A DNA stretch of 64,000 nucleotides, taken from assembly GCA_965204725.1 (NCBI GenBank), contig OZ242005.1, positions 32,001 to 96,000 on the forward strand, written 5' to 3'. Source of the stretch: Candidatus Latescibacterota bacterium (GTDB taxonomy: Bacteria; Latescibacterota; UBA2968; UBA8231). The position numbers were made by a program, and so were the translations under genes. Below the pieces are notes generated by a model that had not been told where the DNA came from, did no database searches, and saw only the letters and a program-made list of their open reading frames with translations. Shown piece by piece: positions 48,744 through 57,941 of this stretch. The first letter of the stretch is position 1, and the number at the start of each line of letters is the position of its first letter.

Positions 48744-48772
48744 TTGACATGTAGTATCATTATCGGTATCAT
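48744..48772 (+). promoter_or_regulatory. sigma70 promoter of hicAB (probably leaderless)
   Basis: TTGACA-17 nt-TATCAT, then 6 nt to the GTG start at 48779; no RBS. Confidence 0.7.
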
Positions 48773-48778
48773 ACTATT

Positions 48779-49027
48779 GTGGCGAGCACGGCGGAAATCC
48801 TCAAAGCGATTCGCAATAATCCGCGAGGGGTGCGGTTTGCGGATCTCGCCAAGGTGTGCGACGCATACTTTGGAGAGCCGCGCCAGAATAGCACCAGCCA
48901 TCGAGTTTACCGAACACCGTGGCGAGGCGATCCACGAGTAAACATCCAAAATGCCAAGGGCATGGCTAAGTCATACCAAGTTCGCCAAGTCATCAAAGCA
49001 ATCGAGAAATTGGAGGACACGCGATGA
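48779..49027 (+). CDS. hicA: HicA-family toxin
   Basis: NPRGVRFADL...TSHRVYRTPW..DPRVNIQ...AKSYQVRQV. Confidence 0.85.
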   Translation: MASTAEILKAIRNNPRGVRFADLAKVCDAYFGEPRQNSTSHRVYRTPWRGDPRVNIQNAKGMAKSYQVRQVIKAIEKLEDTR

Positions 49028-49350
49028 GCAACCGCTACACCTATCGCATCACGTGGTCGGCTGAAGACGACGAACATGTGGGTCTATGCGCTGAATTTCC
49101 ATCGCTGAGTTGGCTCGCCCCTACGCCTGATGCGGCGTTGTCCGGCATCCAGCACCTTGTGCGCGAGTGCCTCGCAGACATGTACGCGACTGGAGAAGCC
49201 GCGCCGGAGCCAATAGCGGACCGCAACTATAGCGGGAAGTTCATGGTGCGTTTGCCGCCGGAATCGCACCGCGCCCTCGCCATCCAAGCGGCCGAGCAAG
49301 GGGTGAGCCTGAACCGGCTTGTGAGTGCGCGGATCGCAAACGCGACCTGA
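49024..49350 (+). CDS. hicB: HicB-family antitoxin
   Basis: YTYRITWS, CAEFPSLSWLA, YSGKFMVRLPPESHRAL...GVSLN (RHH); ATGA overlap with hicA. Confidence 0.9.
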   Translation: MSNRYTYRITWSAEDDEHVGLCAEFPSLSWLAPTPDAALSGIQHLVRECLADMYATGEAAPEPIADRNYSGKFMVRLPPESHRALAIQAAEQGVSLNRLVSARIANAT

Positions 49351-49440
49351 CGATGCGTTGTATTTGCCGGATCGAAAACAACGGCTGGGAAACATCGAGA
49401 AACCCAGCGTTGGGCACTTGCCAAACAAAAGGAGAGAGAA

Positions 49441-50220
49441 ATGACCCGATTCAAGGTTTGTCTTAGTATGATTTGTCTTGCTGCTTGTATGAATAGTTAC
49501 GCAGAGTCGGGGAATGGGAATGCGTCATCCCATTCCGAACAGGCCGAATGGGGCTACGGCGTCGAGAATGGACCCGCCGTTTGGGGACAGCTTAGCCCCG
49601 AATATGCCCTTTGCGCTGTGGGGACGCACCAATCGCCTATCGATCTGGTGAATCCCACGTCGGCGGAGCTTCCTGCCATCGCCTTCAACTACCAGCCAAC
49701 AGCCCTGCGTATCCAAAACAACGGACACACCGTTGTCGTCGCGTCCTCGAAAGAAAACTGGATTGAGGTGGATAGTACGAGATACGAGTTGCTACAATTC
49801 CACTTTCACGCCCCGAGCGAGCACACCGTGGCCGGCCAGTCGTTTGCTATGGAGATGCACCTCGTTCATCAAAATAAGGATGGCGCGTTGGCGGTCATTG
49901 GGGTGCTCATGGAGCGCGGTAAGGACCACGCCGCATTCAACTCGCTCTGGGCACATCTACCAAGCACCATAGGGGCAGAACAACAGGTTGAGCAGGTTGC
50001 CGTGGAAGCGGACTCCTTGTTGCCGAGCGCAAGGTCTTACTATCGCTACGATGGCTCGTTGACGACTCCGCCCTGCTCAGAAGGGGTCAAATGGTTTGTG
50101 CTGACGACGCCCATTGAATTGTCCGAAGCGCAAATCGCCGCATTTGCCGCTATCGTCCATAGCAACAATCGGCCCGTGCAACCGCTAAATGGACGCCAAC
50201 TCCTCGTCAATGTCCAATGA
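49441..50220 (+). CDS. cah: Alpha-class carbonic anhydrase, exported
   Basis: Signal peptide; QSPID, QFHFHAPSEH, EMHLVH, YDGSLTTPPCSEGV, NRPVQPLNGR. Confidence 0.95.
   Translation: MTRFKVCLSMICLAACMNSYAESGNGNASSHSEQAEWGYGVENGPAVWGQLSPEYALCAVGTHQSPIDLVNPTSAELPAIAFNYQPTALRIQNNGHTVVVASSKENWIEVDSTRYELLQFHFHAPSEHTVAGQSFAMEMHLVHQNKDGALAVIGVLMERGKDHAAFNSLWAHLPSTIGAEQQVEQVAVEADSLLPSARSYYRYDGSLTTPPCSEGVKWFVLTTPIELSEAQIAAFAAIVHSNNRPVQPLNGRQLLVNVQ
50177..50213 (+). repeat. Left copy of a 37-bp direct repeat (carbonic anhydrase 3' end)
   Basis: TGCAACCGCTAAATGGACGCCAACTCCTCGTCAATGT; 35/37 match to 51779-51815, the last 28 bp identical. Confidence 0.85.
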
Positions 50221-50228
50221 GTAGTGTG

Positions 50229-50489
50229 TTACCTATATATGCTACTACGATGACCGACCTTCACGACATATACAATCAGGTCATCGTCCTCAATGGAGTA
50301 GATGATTCTATAGGCTCCTTGACGTACTCGGTATCTACCCAATCCAGCGAGTTTTTCAACTCCTCGTGGACGAGGATTTTCCGTTAAGGCACGAATCCGA
50401 GCAATGATACGCTGTCGTTGTTTCTTCTGAGGAATCGCTTCGATTTCCCGGACGGCAGAAGGCTTGATCCGAATTTTATAGCTTGCCAC
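50229..50489 (-). CDS. RelE/ParE-family toxin
   Basis: LTENPRPRGVEKL...YRVRQGAYRIIYSI...VVKVGHRSSIY. Confidence 0.9.
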   Translation of the reverse strand: MASYKIRIKPSAVREIEAIPQKKQRQRIIARIRALTENPRPRGVEKLAGLGRYRVRQGAYRIIYSIEDDDLIVYVVKVGHRSSIYR

Positions 50490-50709
50490 TGCGCTTGAGA
50501 TCTTCGACGACTTCCTCGAACGACAGATTAGGTTCAGCCTCCCTCTCGTCGAAGGCCCTTAAATCCTCAAAGTCCTCAGTTAGAGCGAGCTTAACTGCAT
50601 CATTGACTAAGGCAGAGATTGACCTATCTGCTTCGGCAGCCTTCAACCGAAGGGCACGGTGAACCGCAGGGTCAAAGTAGATGGTACTTCGTTTGTTCGT
50701 ATTGCTCAT
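50476..50709 (-). CDS. CopG/RHH antitoxin
   Basis: KRSTIYFDPAVHRALRLKAAE...ISALVNDAV; overlaps the toxin start. Confidence 0.85.
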   Translation of the reverse strand: MSNTNKRSTIYFDPAVHRALRLKAAEADRSISALVNDAVKLALTEDFEDLRAFDEREAEPNLSFEEVVEDLKRSGKL

Positions 50710-50743
50710 AAAAAAACGATAACCTCACAGTGTTAAACCGAAG

Positions 50744-51409
50744 TCACTTTACTGTCCCTATCTGAATCTCCATCTGATTCATTAATTCCATTAAATTGAC
50801 AAACATATCGTGGGTAATGCACAGCGGCCCTGGGCAGAGGCCCCAATTGAGTTTATTCAGTCCCTTGTATTCGACGGAGATAACGGAATTTTTATGGACA
50901 ATACAATTGCGAATTTGGCGTATGTCTCCCATTAGATCGGCTTCGATCTTATTCTTGTCTGAAACATTTAATTCTTTAGCAATCTCACCGCGATATCGAT
51001 CTTCCCACAGTGCATAGATGGCCACAATCATCCACTTGGCGATCTGATTCGGGAAGTCGCCATCGGGCGCGGATCGATCGAGCACTTCCCCGATGGGCAA
51101 AGACGAGGGAAACGAGCCTTGATGCAAAGTTCCTGTTCCTACACTATATGGTTCACTTAACGGAACAGAGTGCTCTCTTACCAAATTTTTGATAAACTTT
51201 GATCCCTGTTGCAACCCCAAGTACGCTACCTTGTAACACATATAGATCTCTTGACATTCCTTCTGAAAGGAATGCAGGGCCTCAGATTTCAACCGAATAG
51301 ATCGCTCCCAGAAATTCTTCCGCTTAGGGCCAACCTTTCTCACCTGTAAGTTCTTTAAGTCGTACTCGGAACGAAGATCGTCGTCCATGGCGGTTTCAAT
51401 CTTCTTCAT
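50744..51409 (-). CDS. BrnA-like antitoxin N-terminus fused to a HEPN-like domain
   Basis: MKKIETAMDDDLRSEYDL start overlapping brnT; later IVAIYALWEDRYR and IRNCIVH (Rx4H). Confidence 0.6.
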   Translation of the reverse strand: MKKIETAMDDDLRSEYDLKNLQVRKVGPKRKNFWERSIRLKSEALHSFQKECQEIYMCYKVAYLGLQQGSKFIKNLVREHSVPLSEPYSVGTGTLHQGSFPSSLPIGEVLDRSAPDGDFPNQIAKWMIVAIYALWEDRYRGEIAKELNVSDKNKIEADLMGDIRQIRNCIVHKNSVISVEYKGLNKLNWGLCPGPLCITHDMFVNLMELMNQMEIQIGTVK

Positions 51410-51668
51410 AGTATTCTCTCTCCCTGCGGGTTGCTGCTCTCGCACTAATCAAACGAGTCTTATGTTCTCTTTCTGTATATGATACGATCAATAGGCGGCT
51501 TTGTTGGGACTCACCAATGATGATATAGCGATCCTCTCTGTCAGAATGGTCGGGATCGTAAAAGTCAATATAGAGTGGATCATTGAAAACGGTTTTTGCT
51601 TCGTCAAACGAAACCTCGTGCTTCAACAGATTAGATTCTGCCTTGGTTTTATCCCACTCGAATTCCAT
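51396..51668 (-). CDS. brnT: BrnT-family toxin (DUF497)
   Basis: MEFEWDKTKAESNLLKHEVSFDEA..VF.DP, HSDREDR, RLISARAAT. Confidence 0.92.
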   Translation of the reverse strand: MEFEWDKTKAESNLLKHEVSFDEAKTVFNDPLYIDFYDPDHSDREDRYIIIGESQQSRLLIVSYTEREHKTRLISARAATRREREYYEED

Positions 51669-51778
51669 AGGATAATATCAATAGTATATATACTTTTAAC
51701 CATTTAGTTCGGTCTCGGCCATACAAGCGGCCGGGCAAGTCTTGATATAGGATAGTGTACCGCAGCCACTTATACAAA

Positions 51779-51815
51779 TGCAGCCGATAAATGGACGCCA
51801 ACTCCTCGTCAATGT
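51779..51815 (+). repeat. Right copy of the 37-bp direct repeat
   Basis: TGCAGCCGATAAATGGACGCCAACTCCTCGTCAATGT; continues in frame as QPINGRQLLVNVPNAAQP*. Confidence 0.85.
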
Positions 51816-51827
51816 GCCGAATGCTGC

Positions 51828-53732
51828 TCAACCGTGAAAATAAGCGTGGCCCTCGCCCATAAACCAGAAGATATCCACCAGATACGACACCCCAATCCCC
51901 AAGAAGTACCCGGCGATCAACCCCATAAAAAACGGCCGTGCTTGGCGGTACGCGGCAAGGCCCCCATAGCGCATAATCGCGCTCTTGGCCACCCACGCCA
52001 GCAAGACCGAAAACGCGATGAGGCGGGTCATCCACAGCGGGGCTATTGCAATGCCCACCGGATGCAGCGGCCACCAGTGGAAGCGATACTGGAGGAAGGC
52101 CAAAATTGAGTAGGCCCCCATGCCGATACCAAAGTAGGACAGCTTGTTCCAGTCGGTGGGCCAAGGATCGTTGAAGTGGCGAATCACCCCGTTGTACGCC
52201 ATGCCGCCCGCGCCGCCGCCAGCGATAAAATACCAAGAGCCGAAATTGCCCGCGCCGTATTGGTAGCACAGCGAGAGGACGAAGTAAAGACACGTGGTAA
52301 AGCCCACTACGGCGGCAAGGCCCAGTGCCCAAGCCATCGACCGGCGAACCCGGTACAGTTCGCCGAGCCTTGCGCCGTGCGCCGCGGCCGGCATAAAGAG
52401 CGATTGCACGTCCCCGAACCACGTATAGGAAATCCCCAGCGCCACCAAATTGTGCCCGCCGATCCCCGTGCCGGTTATCGCCAGCGCAAAGGCCTGAGCA
52501 CCCACCGGCGGCGTCAAGAAATAGACCCCGGCCTGCACCACCAGTCGCGTGATGCCGTAATAGGCGACCAACACGCCAAAAACAAAGAGCGCGGCGATGT
52601 GGAGATCCATTCCAGACCGCCACAGCCAGCCGAGGATATAGACCAACGCGGCCATGAAGCCGCAAACCGCCGTGCGATAGGAAACCATTTCCTCGCGGTC
52701 GTCTATAGTTCGCCGTCCCCACAGGGCTTGGCGCACGACCGCCCCTAAATGGCCCCGCGCCATCCACAAGCTCAACAGCACCATCGCCGTAAATCCGCCC
52801 CAAGCCTGCCAAGAAAGCGACTGCATCCCCCAGACAAAGGCGTCGGGCCGCGTCACATCGTAGCCGATGCGGTTGGTAATGCCCTCTTGCAAGACAGCCA
52901 CCAAGTAAAAGAACACGATGCTGAACGAGACGTTGGTACTGACCAAGTACATAAAGCCGATCACCGGGAAGTAGAGCATTAAGCTGATCGTGGGAAACTC
53001 CCGGCTCAGTTGCAGATTGACGGCGTGGTTGAAGTTGATTTTGGGAAAGCCGATGTAGAACGAGCCAATGATATTGAAGAGGATCATCCCCAGTGGAATG
53101 GCCGCGCCGATCCAAAACCCCTTAGAACGCACAATCGCCCGCCCGTCGTCGTCGATCAGCAGGCGCGGCATCTCCATCAGGGGAAAGACTAGGCGCTCGT
53201 TCTCGACCCACTGACGGCGAAAGATCACCACCAAACAGAAGCAGGCAAAGTACAAGGTCAGAATCAGGCTCAACAGCCAAAACAGCGGCCCGATCCAGAC
53301 CTCGAAGGGCAGGGCTTGGCCTTTGGGCAGCCCTTCGTAAAACCAGCGCATGGCGTCGCCGTCAGCGCGCGGCACAACCCAATCGGGCAGGTAGGGATGA
53401 ATGTTGCCCGCCCAGTCGTTTTCCGGGGTGGCACCGTAGTACGGCGACGAAACAATCGCCAGCAAGGTGCCGACGATGAAGGTCGGAATCCCGGTCGCGG
53501 CCAAGCCCATAATCACCAAGGTCGCCAGCTCGGCCGGCCGCAACCTCCACGTGGGCCGCAGCCGGCGCACCAGCGCATTGGCCAGCAGAATCACCACGAA
53601 GCAAAAGCCGGCGCTAGTCGGAAAATACGACCAAGTAATCTCCGAAGAGCGCACCATCCAAATCGAATAGGGCGCCCCCGTAACAATGGCCACCACGACC
53701 ACAATCCCCAGCACGGCCGAGCGCAAAGTCAT
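51828..53732 (-). CDS. DUF6785/DUF6784-family polytopic membrane protein
   Basis: RRQWVENERLVFPL, WWPLHPVG, RYGGLAAYRQARPFFMGLIAG motifs; many TM segments. Confidence 0.8.
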   Translation of the reverse strand: MTLRSAVLGIVVVVAIVTGAPYSIWMVRSSEITWSYFPTSAGFCFVVILLANALVRRLRPTWRLRPAELATLVIMGLAATGIPTFIVGTLLAIVSSPYYGATPENDWAGNIHPYLPDWVVPRADGDAMRWFYEGLPKGQALPFEVWIGPLFWLLSLILTLYFACFCLVVIFRRQWVENERLVFPLMEMPRLLIDDDGRAIVRSKGFWIGAAIPLGMILFNIIGSFYIGFPKINFNHAVNLQLSREFPTISLMLYFPVIGFMYLVSTNVSFSIVFFYLVAVLQEGITNRIGYDVTRPDAFVWGMQSLSWQAWGGFTAMVLLSLWMARGHLGAVVRQALWGRRTIDDREEMVSYRTAVCGFMAALVYILGWLWRSGMDLHIAALFVFGVLVAYYGITRLVVQAGVYFLTPPVGAQAFALAITGTGIGGHNLVALGISYTWFGDVQSLFMPAAAHGARLGELYRVRRSMAWALGLAAVVGFTTCLYFVLSLCYQYGAGNFGSWYFIAGGGAGGMAYNGVIRHFNDPWPTDWNKLSYFGIGMGAYSILAFLQYRFHWWPLHPVGIAIAPLWMTRLIAFSVLLAWVAKSAIMRYGGLAAYRQARPFFMGLIAGYFLGIGVSYLVDIFWFMGEGHAYFHG

Positions 53733-53826
53733 GTTCTATCGCCCCGGTGCAATCGACAGTTTACATCGTTCATTTTTTGTATTTTGATAGGACGCATCGG
53801 CCTTACAAGGTGCATACCGTCCGTTA

Positions 53827-53990
53827 TATAGCCGTCCTACGTCCTTATGGCGTTTTGGGTATGAGATACTTCGCTGCGCTCAGTATGACAAGGTCTGGGG
53901 CACGAAGTCCCCGTCTCGGTGTCATGCTGAGCGTAGCGCAGCGAAGTCGAAGCATCTCTACATGCTTGCAAGTCATTTAGGACTGCTATA
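53827..53990. mobile_element. MITE, inverted copy of 20315-20501
   Basis: TATAGCCGTCCTAC...ATTTAGGACTGCTATA ends; internal sequence colinear with the reverse complement of the first copy. Confidence 0.75.
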
Positions 53991-54016
53991 TTTATATTAC
54001 TACCAACGCACTGACT

Positions 54017-55192
54017 ATGTACAACAACCACCTCCTGCCCCTCATCCTCGCCCTGCTGCTGACGGCTTGCTCCAAGAGCACCGGCCCGGCTAGCGACCCG
54101 CAAACCCGCTGCCCGGACGCGCCCGGCACCATCTGCACTTGGGCCGGCACGGGCGAAGCCGGCTTTAATGGCGACGGGCTGCCGCTCCTATCCTCCAACC
54201 TGTACTGGCCCGTCGATATTACCTTCGTTCCCTCGGACGCGACCCCCTACCTCCTCGACTGGAACAACCACCGCGTCCGCCGCGTGACCCCGGAGGGGAC
54301 TCTCGTCACCGTCATCGGCACGGACTTCGTCGGCGATGGGCCGTACGATGAATCCGACCAAGTGCCCCCGGGCGCGCCCGGCACTGAAGTCCACCTCAAC
54401 CACCCGACCCACCTCCTGCCGCTGGCCGACGGCACGCTGCTGCTAACGGCTTGGCACAACCACAAGCTGCGCCTCTACGACCCGCAGACCGGGCTCGTCC
54501 AAGTGATATGCGGCGCGGGTCCGGGGTTTGCCGGCGACGGCGGCCCGGCCACCGACGCGCTTTTGAGCCAGCCGCCGCAGACGGTCTTAGGCCCCGACGG
54601 CGGGTTGTACATCCTCGACCAGCGCAATCAACGGGTGCGAAAAATAGACCGCGACGGCATTATCACTACCGTCGTCGGCACGGGCGAGGCCGGGTTTGGC
54701 GGCGATGGCGGCAGCCCGCTCCACGCCCAGTTGCAGCTCCCGGCCGGGGCCAACCCGCCGCCAGCCGGGAGCTTGGCTTTTGACCCGCAGGGCCGGCTCT
54801 ACATCGCCGACACCCTTAACCACCGCATCCGCCGCGTTGACTTTGACCGCGACCGGATTGAAACGGTGGCGGGCACGGGCGCGGCGGATTTCTTTGGCGA
54901 CGGCGGCCCGGCCCGTAGCGCAGCCTTTAACAACCCACGCGATTTGGCCTTGGGCCCAGACGGCCGGCTCTACATCGCCGACGAATTCAACCACCGCATC
55001 CGCGTCCTCGACCTAGCGACCGGCATCATTGAGACCGTGGTCGGCAGCGGCGAGGAGGGCTTTGCTGGCGACAGCGGCCCGGCCGGCAGCGCGGCCCTCA
55101 ACCGCCCGGCCGGACTCGACTTCGACCCGCAGGGGCGGCTCTATATCGCCGACACGTACAATCACCGCATCCGCCGCGTCGTTTTGCCATGA
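54017..55192 (+). CDS. NHL-repeat lipoprotein
   Basis: Lipobox LTAC; repeated AGTG..GF.GDGGPA....L..P......DG.LYIAD..NHRIR. Confidence 0.9.
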   Translation: MYNNHLLPLILALLLTACSKSTGPASDPQTRCPDAPGTICTWAGTGEAGFNGDGLPLLSSNLYWPVDITFVPSDATPYLLDWNNHRVRRVTPEGTLVTVIGTDFVGDGPYDESDQVPPGAPGTEVHLNHPTHLLPLADGTLLLTAWHNHKLRLYDPQTGLVQVICGAGPGFAGDGGPATDALLSQPPQTVLGPDGGLYILDQRNQRVRKIDRDGIITTVVGTGEAGFGGDGGSPLHAQLQLPAGANPPPAGSLAFDPQGRLYIADTLNHRIRRVDFDRDRIETVAGTGAADFFGDGGPARSAAFNNPRDLALGPDGRLYIADEFNHRIRVLDLATGIIETVVGSGEEGFAGDSGPAGSAALNRPAGLDFDPQGRLYIADTYNHRIRRVVLP

Positions 55193-56310
55193 TCTACGCC
55201 GCGTTCTTGCTCATCGCCCTATTCGCCTGCGGGGAAACGCCGACCAGCCCTAGCGACCCCTACGGACGCATCGAAACCTTTGCCGGCACCGGCGACGCGG
55301 GCAAAGGCCCGGAAGAAACGACGCCGCGGCAAGCGCACTTCTACCTGCCGCAAGACCTGACCTACGGCCCCGACGGGCGGCTCTACATCCTCGACTGGAA
55401 CAACCACCGCGTCCGCGTGGTCGCCGACGACCGCATCACCACCCTGATTGGCACCGGCGAACTCGGCGACGCCCCAGCCGGCCGGGCGCGTGAAATTGGT
55501 CTCAACCATCCGACGCACATCTCCTTTGACCCGCTCGGACGCCTGATCCTCTCGGCTTGGCACAACTCGCTCATCCTGCGCTACGACTTTGCCACCGACT
55601 ATATCGAGCCGATCTGTGGCACGGGCGAGCGCGACTATGGCGGCGATGGCGGCCCGGCCGCACGGGCGCAGATCAACCTGCCGAGCGCGACCGCCTTTGA
55701 CCCGCTCGGACGCATGTACATCTCCGACCAAGAAAACCAGCGCGTCCGCATGATCGACCTCGACGGCACGATCTCCACGGTCGTCGGCACCGGCCAGCCG
55801 GGGTTTGCCGGCGACGGCGGCCCGGCCACCGACGCCCAGATCTGGGCACCCGTAAGCCAAGCCGCGCCGCCCACCAGCCGCATCGCCATCGACGATTTGG
55901 GCAACCTCTACCTCGCCGATACCTTCAACAACCGCATCCGCAAGGTGGATGCAGCGACCGGCATCATCACCACCATCGCCGGCAATGGGGCCAGCCGCCC
56001 TGCGCCCAGCAGCGAAGAAGACGGGGCCGACGCGCTCGCGGTTTTTCTGTACTGGCCCTGCGACGTGGCCATTGACTCGGCGGGCCGCGTGTTCTTGGCC
56101 GACACCTTTAACCACTGCGTGCGCCGCATTGAACTCGACGGCACGATCTCCACGGTGGCCGGTCAGTGCGGCCAATCCGGCGACCACGGCGACGGCGGCC
56201 CGCCGCAATCGGCCCTGCTCAACCGCCCCTACGGCATTGAACTCGACCCGGACGACAACCTCTACATCGCCGATACGCGCAATCACCGCATCCGCCTCGT
56301 GCGAAAGTGA
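55189..56310 (+). CDS. NHL-repeat lipoprotein (paralogue)
   Basis: Lipobox LFAC; same repeats; ATGA overlap with the upstream gene. Confidence 0.9.
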   Translation: MIYAAFLLIALFACGETPTSPSDPYGRIETFAGTGDAGKGPEETTPRQAHFYLPQDLTYGPDGRLYILDWNNHRVRVVADDRITTLIGTGELGDAPAGRAREIGLNHPTHISFDPLGRLILSAWHNSLILRYDFATDYIEPICGTGERDYGGDGGPAARAQINLPSATAFDPLGRMYISDQENQRVRMIDLDGTISTVVGTGQPGFAGDGGPATDAQIWAPVSQAAPPTSRIAIDDLGNLYLADTFNNRIRKVDAATGIITTIAGNGASRPAPSSEEDGADALAVFLYWPCDVAIDSAGRVFLADTFNHCVRRIELDGTISTVAGQCGQSGDHGDGGPPQSALLNRPYGIELDPDDNLYIADTRNHRIRLVRK

Positions 56311-56312
56311 AA

Positions 56313-57128
56313 TCAGGGGCCGGGGGACTCAGCGCCCAGATTGCCCTCGGCGATCACCGCCCCGGCAAATCCCTCCGCGACCATCCGCTCGGCAAATGCC
56401 TGCACCGCAGATTGGGGCAGCAGGGCGTTGTTGCTGATGATCAAATCTGCCCCCACGTGGCGGACGCCGCGCAACCCATCGAGGCTTTGCAACGCGCCGT
56501 TGCCGCTGACTTCCAAAAAGTCCCGCACCCTAGCTAAGTAGTGCAGGCCCTCTAGACTTTGCAGCGCGTCGTTGAACCAGATATCCACGCTGCCTTCGAT
56601 GGCCACGAGGTGCGACAGGTCCGTCAGCGACGCCAGCGCCTCATTGCGGACGAGCGCCAAACCCCCGCGGACCGCGGCCAAACTCTCCAGCCCTTTGAGC
56701 GAGCGCAGGGCCTTGTTTTCAAAGATCAACAGCCCTTCCACCACGTGCGCGGCTTTCCCGGCGGCCTCCGCCGGGCCTAGCCCCGCCCCGACGCTTTCCA
56801 GCCCTTCCAGCCCCGCGAGGCTTTCCAAGCGGTCGTTAAACCAAATCTCAACGCTGCCCTCAACGCGCCGCAGCCCTTCCAAGCCCGTCAGCGCGACCAA
56901 GTCGGTCCCGGCGATCTGCAAGTCGCCGTCGATTATATACGCGGCCCCCCCTCTGGCTCTCAGGGCCGCAATATCGGCCGACGACGCAATGACAACGCCT
57001 TCTTGCAGGGTGACCGGGGCCACCGGTTGCAAGATGACCGGGGCCACTGGGTCTTTGCCGCAGCCTGCCAGCGCGACGAGCAACAGCGCGATTACCCGCT
57101 CAAAAATCCCGCGCACACCGGAACCCAA
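56313..57128 (-). CDS. Receptor L-domain-like repeat lipoprotein (start uncertain)
   Basis: Lipobox LAGC; repeated LxGLxGLxxVxGxxxIxxNxxLxSL. Confidence 0.75.
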   Translation of the reverse strand: MGSGVRGIFERVIALLLVALAGCGKDPVAPVILQPVAPVTLQEGVVIASSADIAALRARGGAAYIIDGDLQIAGTDLVALTGLEGLRRVEGSVEIWFNDRLESLAGLEGLESVGAGLGPAEAAGKAAHVVEGLLIFENKALRSLKGLESLAAVRGGLALVRNEALASLTDLSHLVAIEGSVDIWFNDALQSLEGLHYLARVRDFLEVSGNGALQSLDGLRGVRHVGADLIISNNALLPQSAVQAFAERMVAEGFAGAVIAEGNLGAESPGP

Positions 57129-57930
57129 TGTCTATATCGGTTTCGAGCGGGCGATAGGCTTCCCGATTCGCTGCGGGCAGGGCCTCCTTCTCAAACCACC
57201 ACGACCCGCCCCGCAGCACCCCGAACTCGCCGCGCAACGGCCCCTGCGGATTGTCGCGGGGGCTTTCTGCGTAGTACGTGTCCCCGTACCAATCGGCGAC
57301 CCACTCCCACACATTGCCCGCCATGTCGTGTGCCCCATACGGCGACGCGCCAGCCGGGCGGCTGCCCACCGGCTCGGTCGTTCCAGCGATAAAGCGAAAG
57401 TTGGCCTCGTCGCCTGCGAGCTCGTAGCCCCAAGGATACGGGCGGCCGTCGGTTCCGCGCGCGGCCTTCTCCCACTCGGCCTCGGTCGGCAGCCGCAGGC
57501 CAGCCCACGCGCAATAGTCGATCGCGTATTGGCGGTTCACGCAGTTGATGGGATGGGTGTCGTCGGCAAAGCCGTCGTAGTTGCAGTTCGGAGCGTAGGC
57601 CGGCTCTTCGCAGGCATCGGCCTCCACGCAACGCCGATACCGCCCGACAGTGACCTCGAACTGGTCGATGTAGTACGCGGCCAGAAAAACTGGGTGCGGC
57701 GGCGCCTCGTCCGGGTCGCCGGCGTTCCAACCCATCACAAAGAGGCCCTCGGGCACGAGGACCATGGCGTGATCAACTTCGCTGATCGCGGGCGCGGCGG
57801 TGGGATCTTCAGAGGGAGGGGCCGCGCCGGATGGAGGGGGCGCGACCACGCGATCGCCGCTCGGTTGCCCGCGGTCCTTTGGGCCGCAACCCAGCGCCCA
57901 CAAGGCCATACACACCAGTGCAAAACGCAA
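57100..57930 (-). CDS. FGE-sulfatase (SUMF1) domain lipoprotein (start uncertain)
   Basis: FVMGW, YIDQFEVT, RLPTEAEWEKAARG, DMAGNVWEWVADWY, RGGSW, IGFRCA. Confidence 0.88.
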   Translation of the reverse strand: MRFALVCMALWALGCGPKDRGQPSGDRVVAPPPSGAAPPSEDPTAAPAISEVDHAMVLVPEGLFVMGWNAGDPDEAPPHPVFLAAYYIDQFEVTVGRYRRCVEADACEEPAYAPNCNYDGFADDTHPINCVNRQYAIDYCAWAGLRLPTEAEWEKAARGTDGRPYPWGYELAGDEANFRFIAGTTEPVGSRPAGASPYGAHDMAGNVWEWVADWYGDTYYAESPRDNPQGPLRGEFGVLRGGSWWFEKEALPAANREAYRPLETDIDIGFRCARDF

Positions 57931-57941
57931 CGGGCAGCCCC

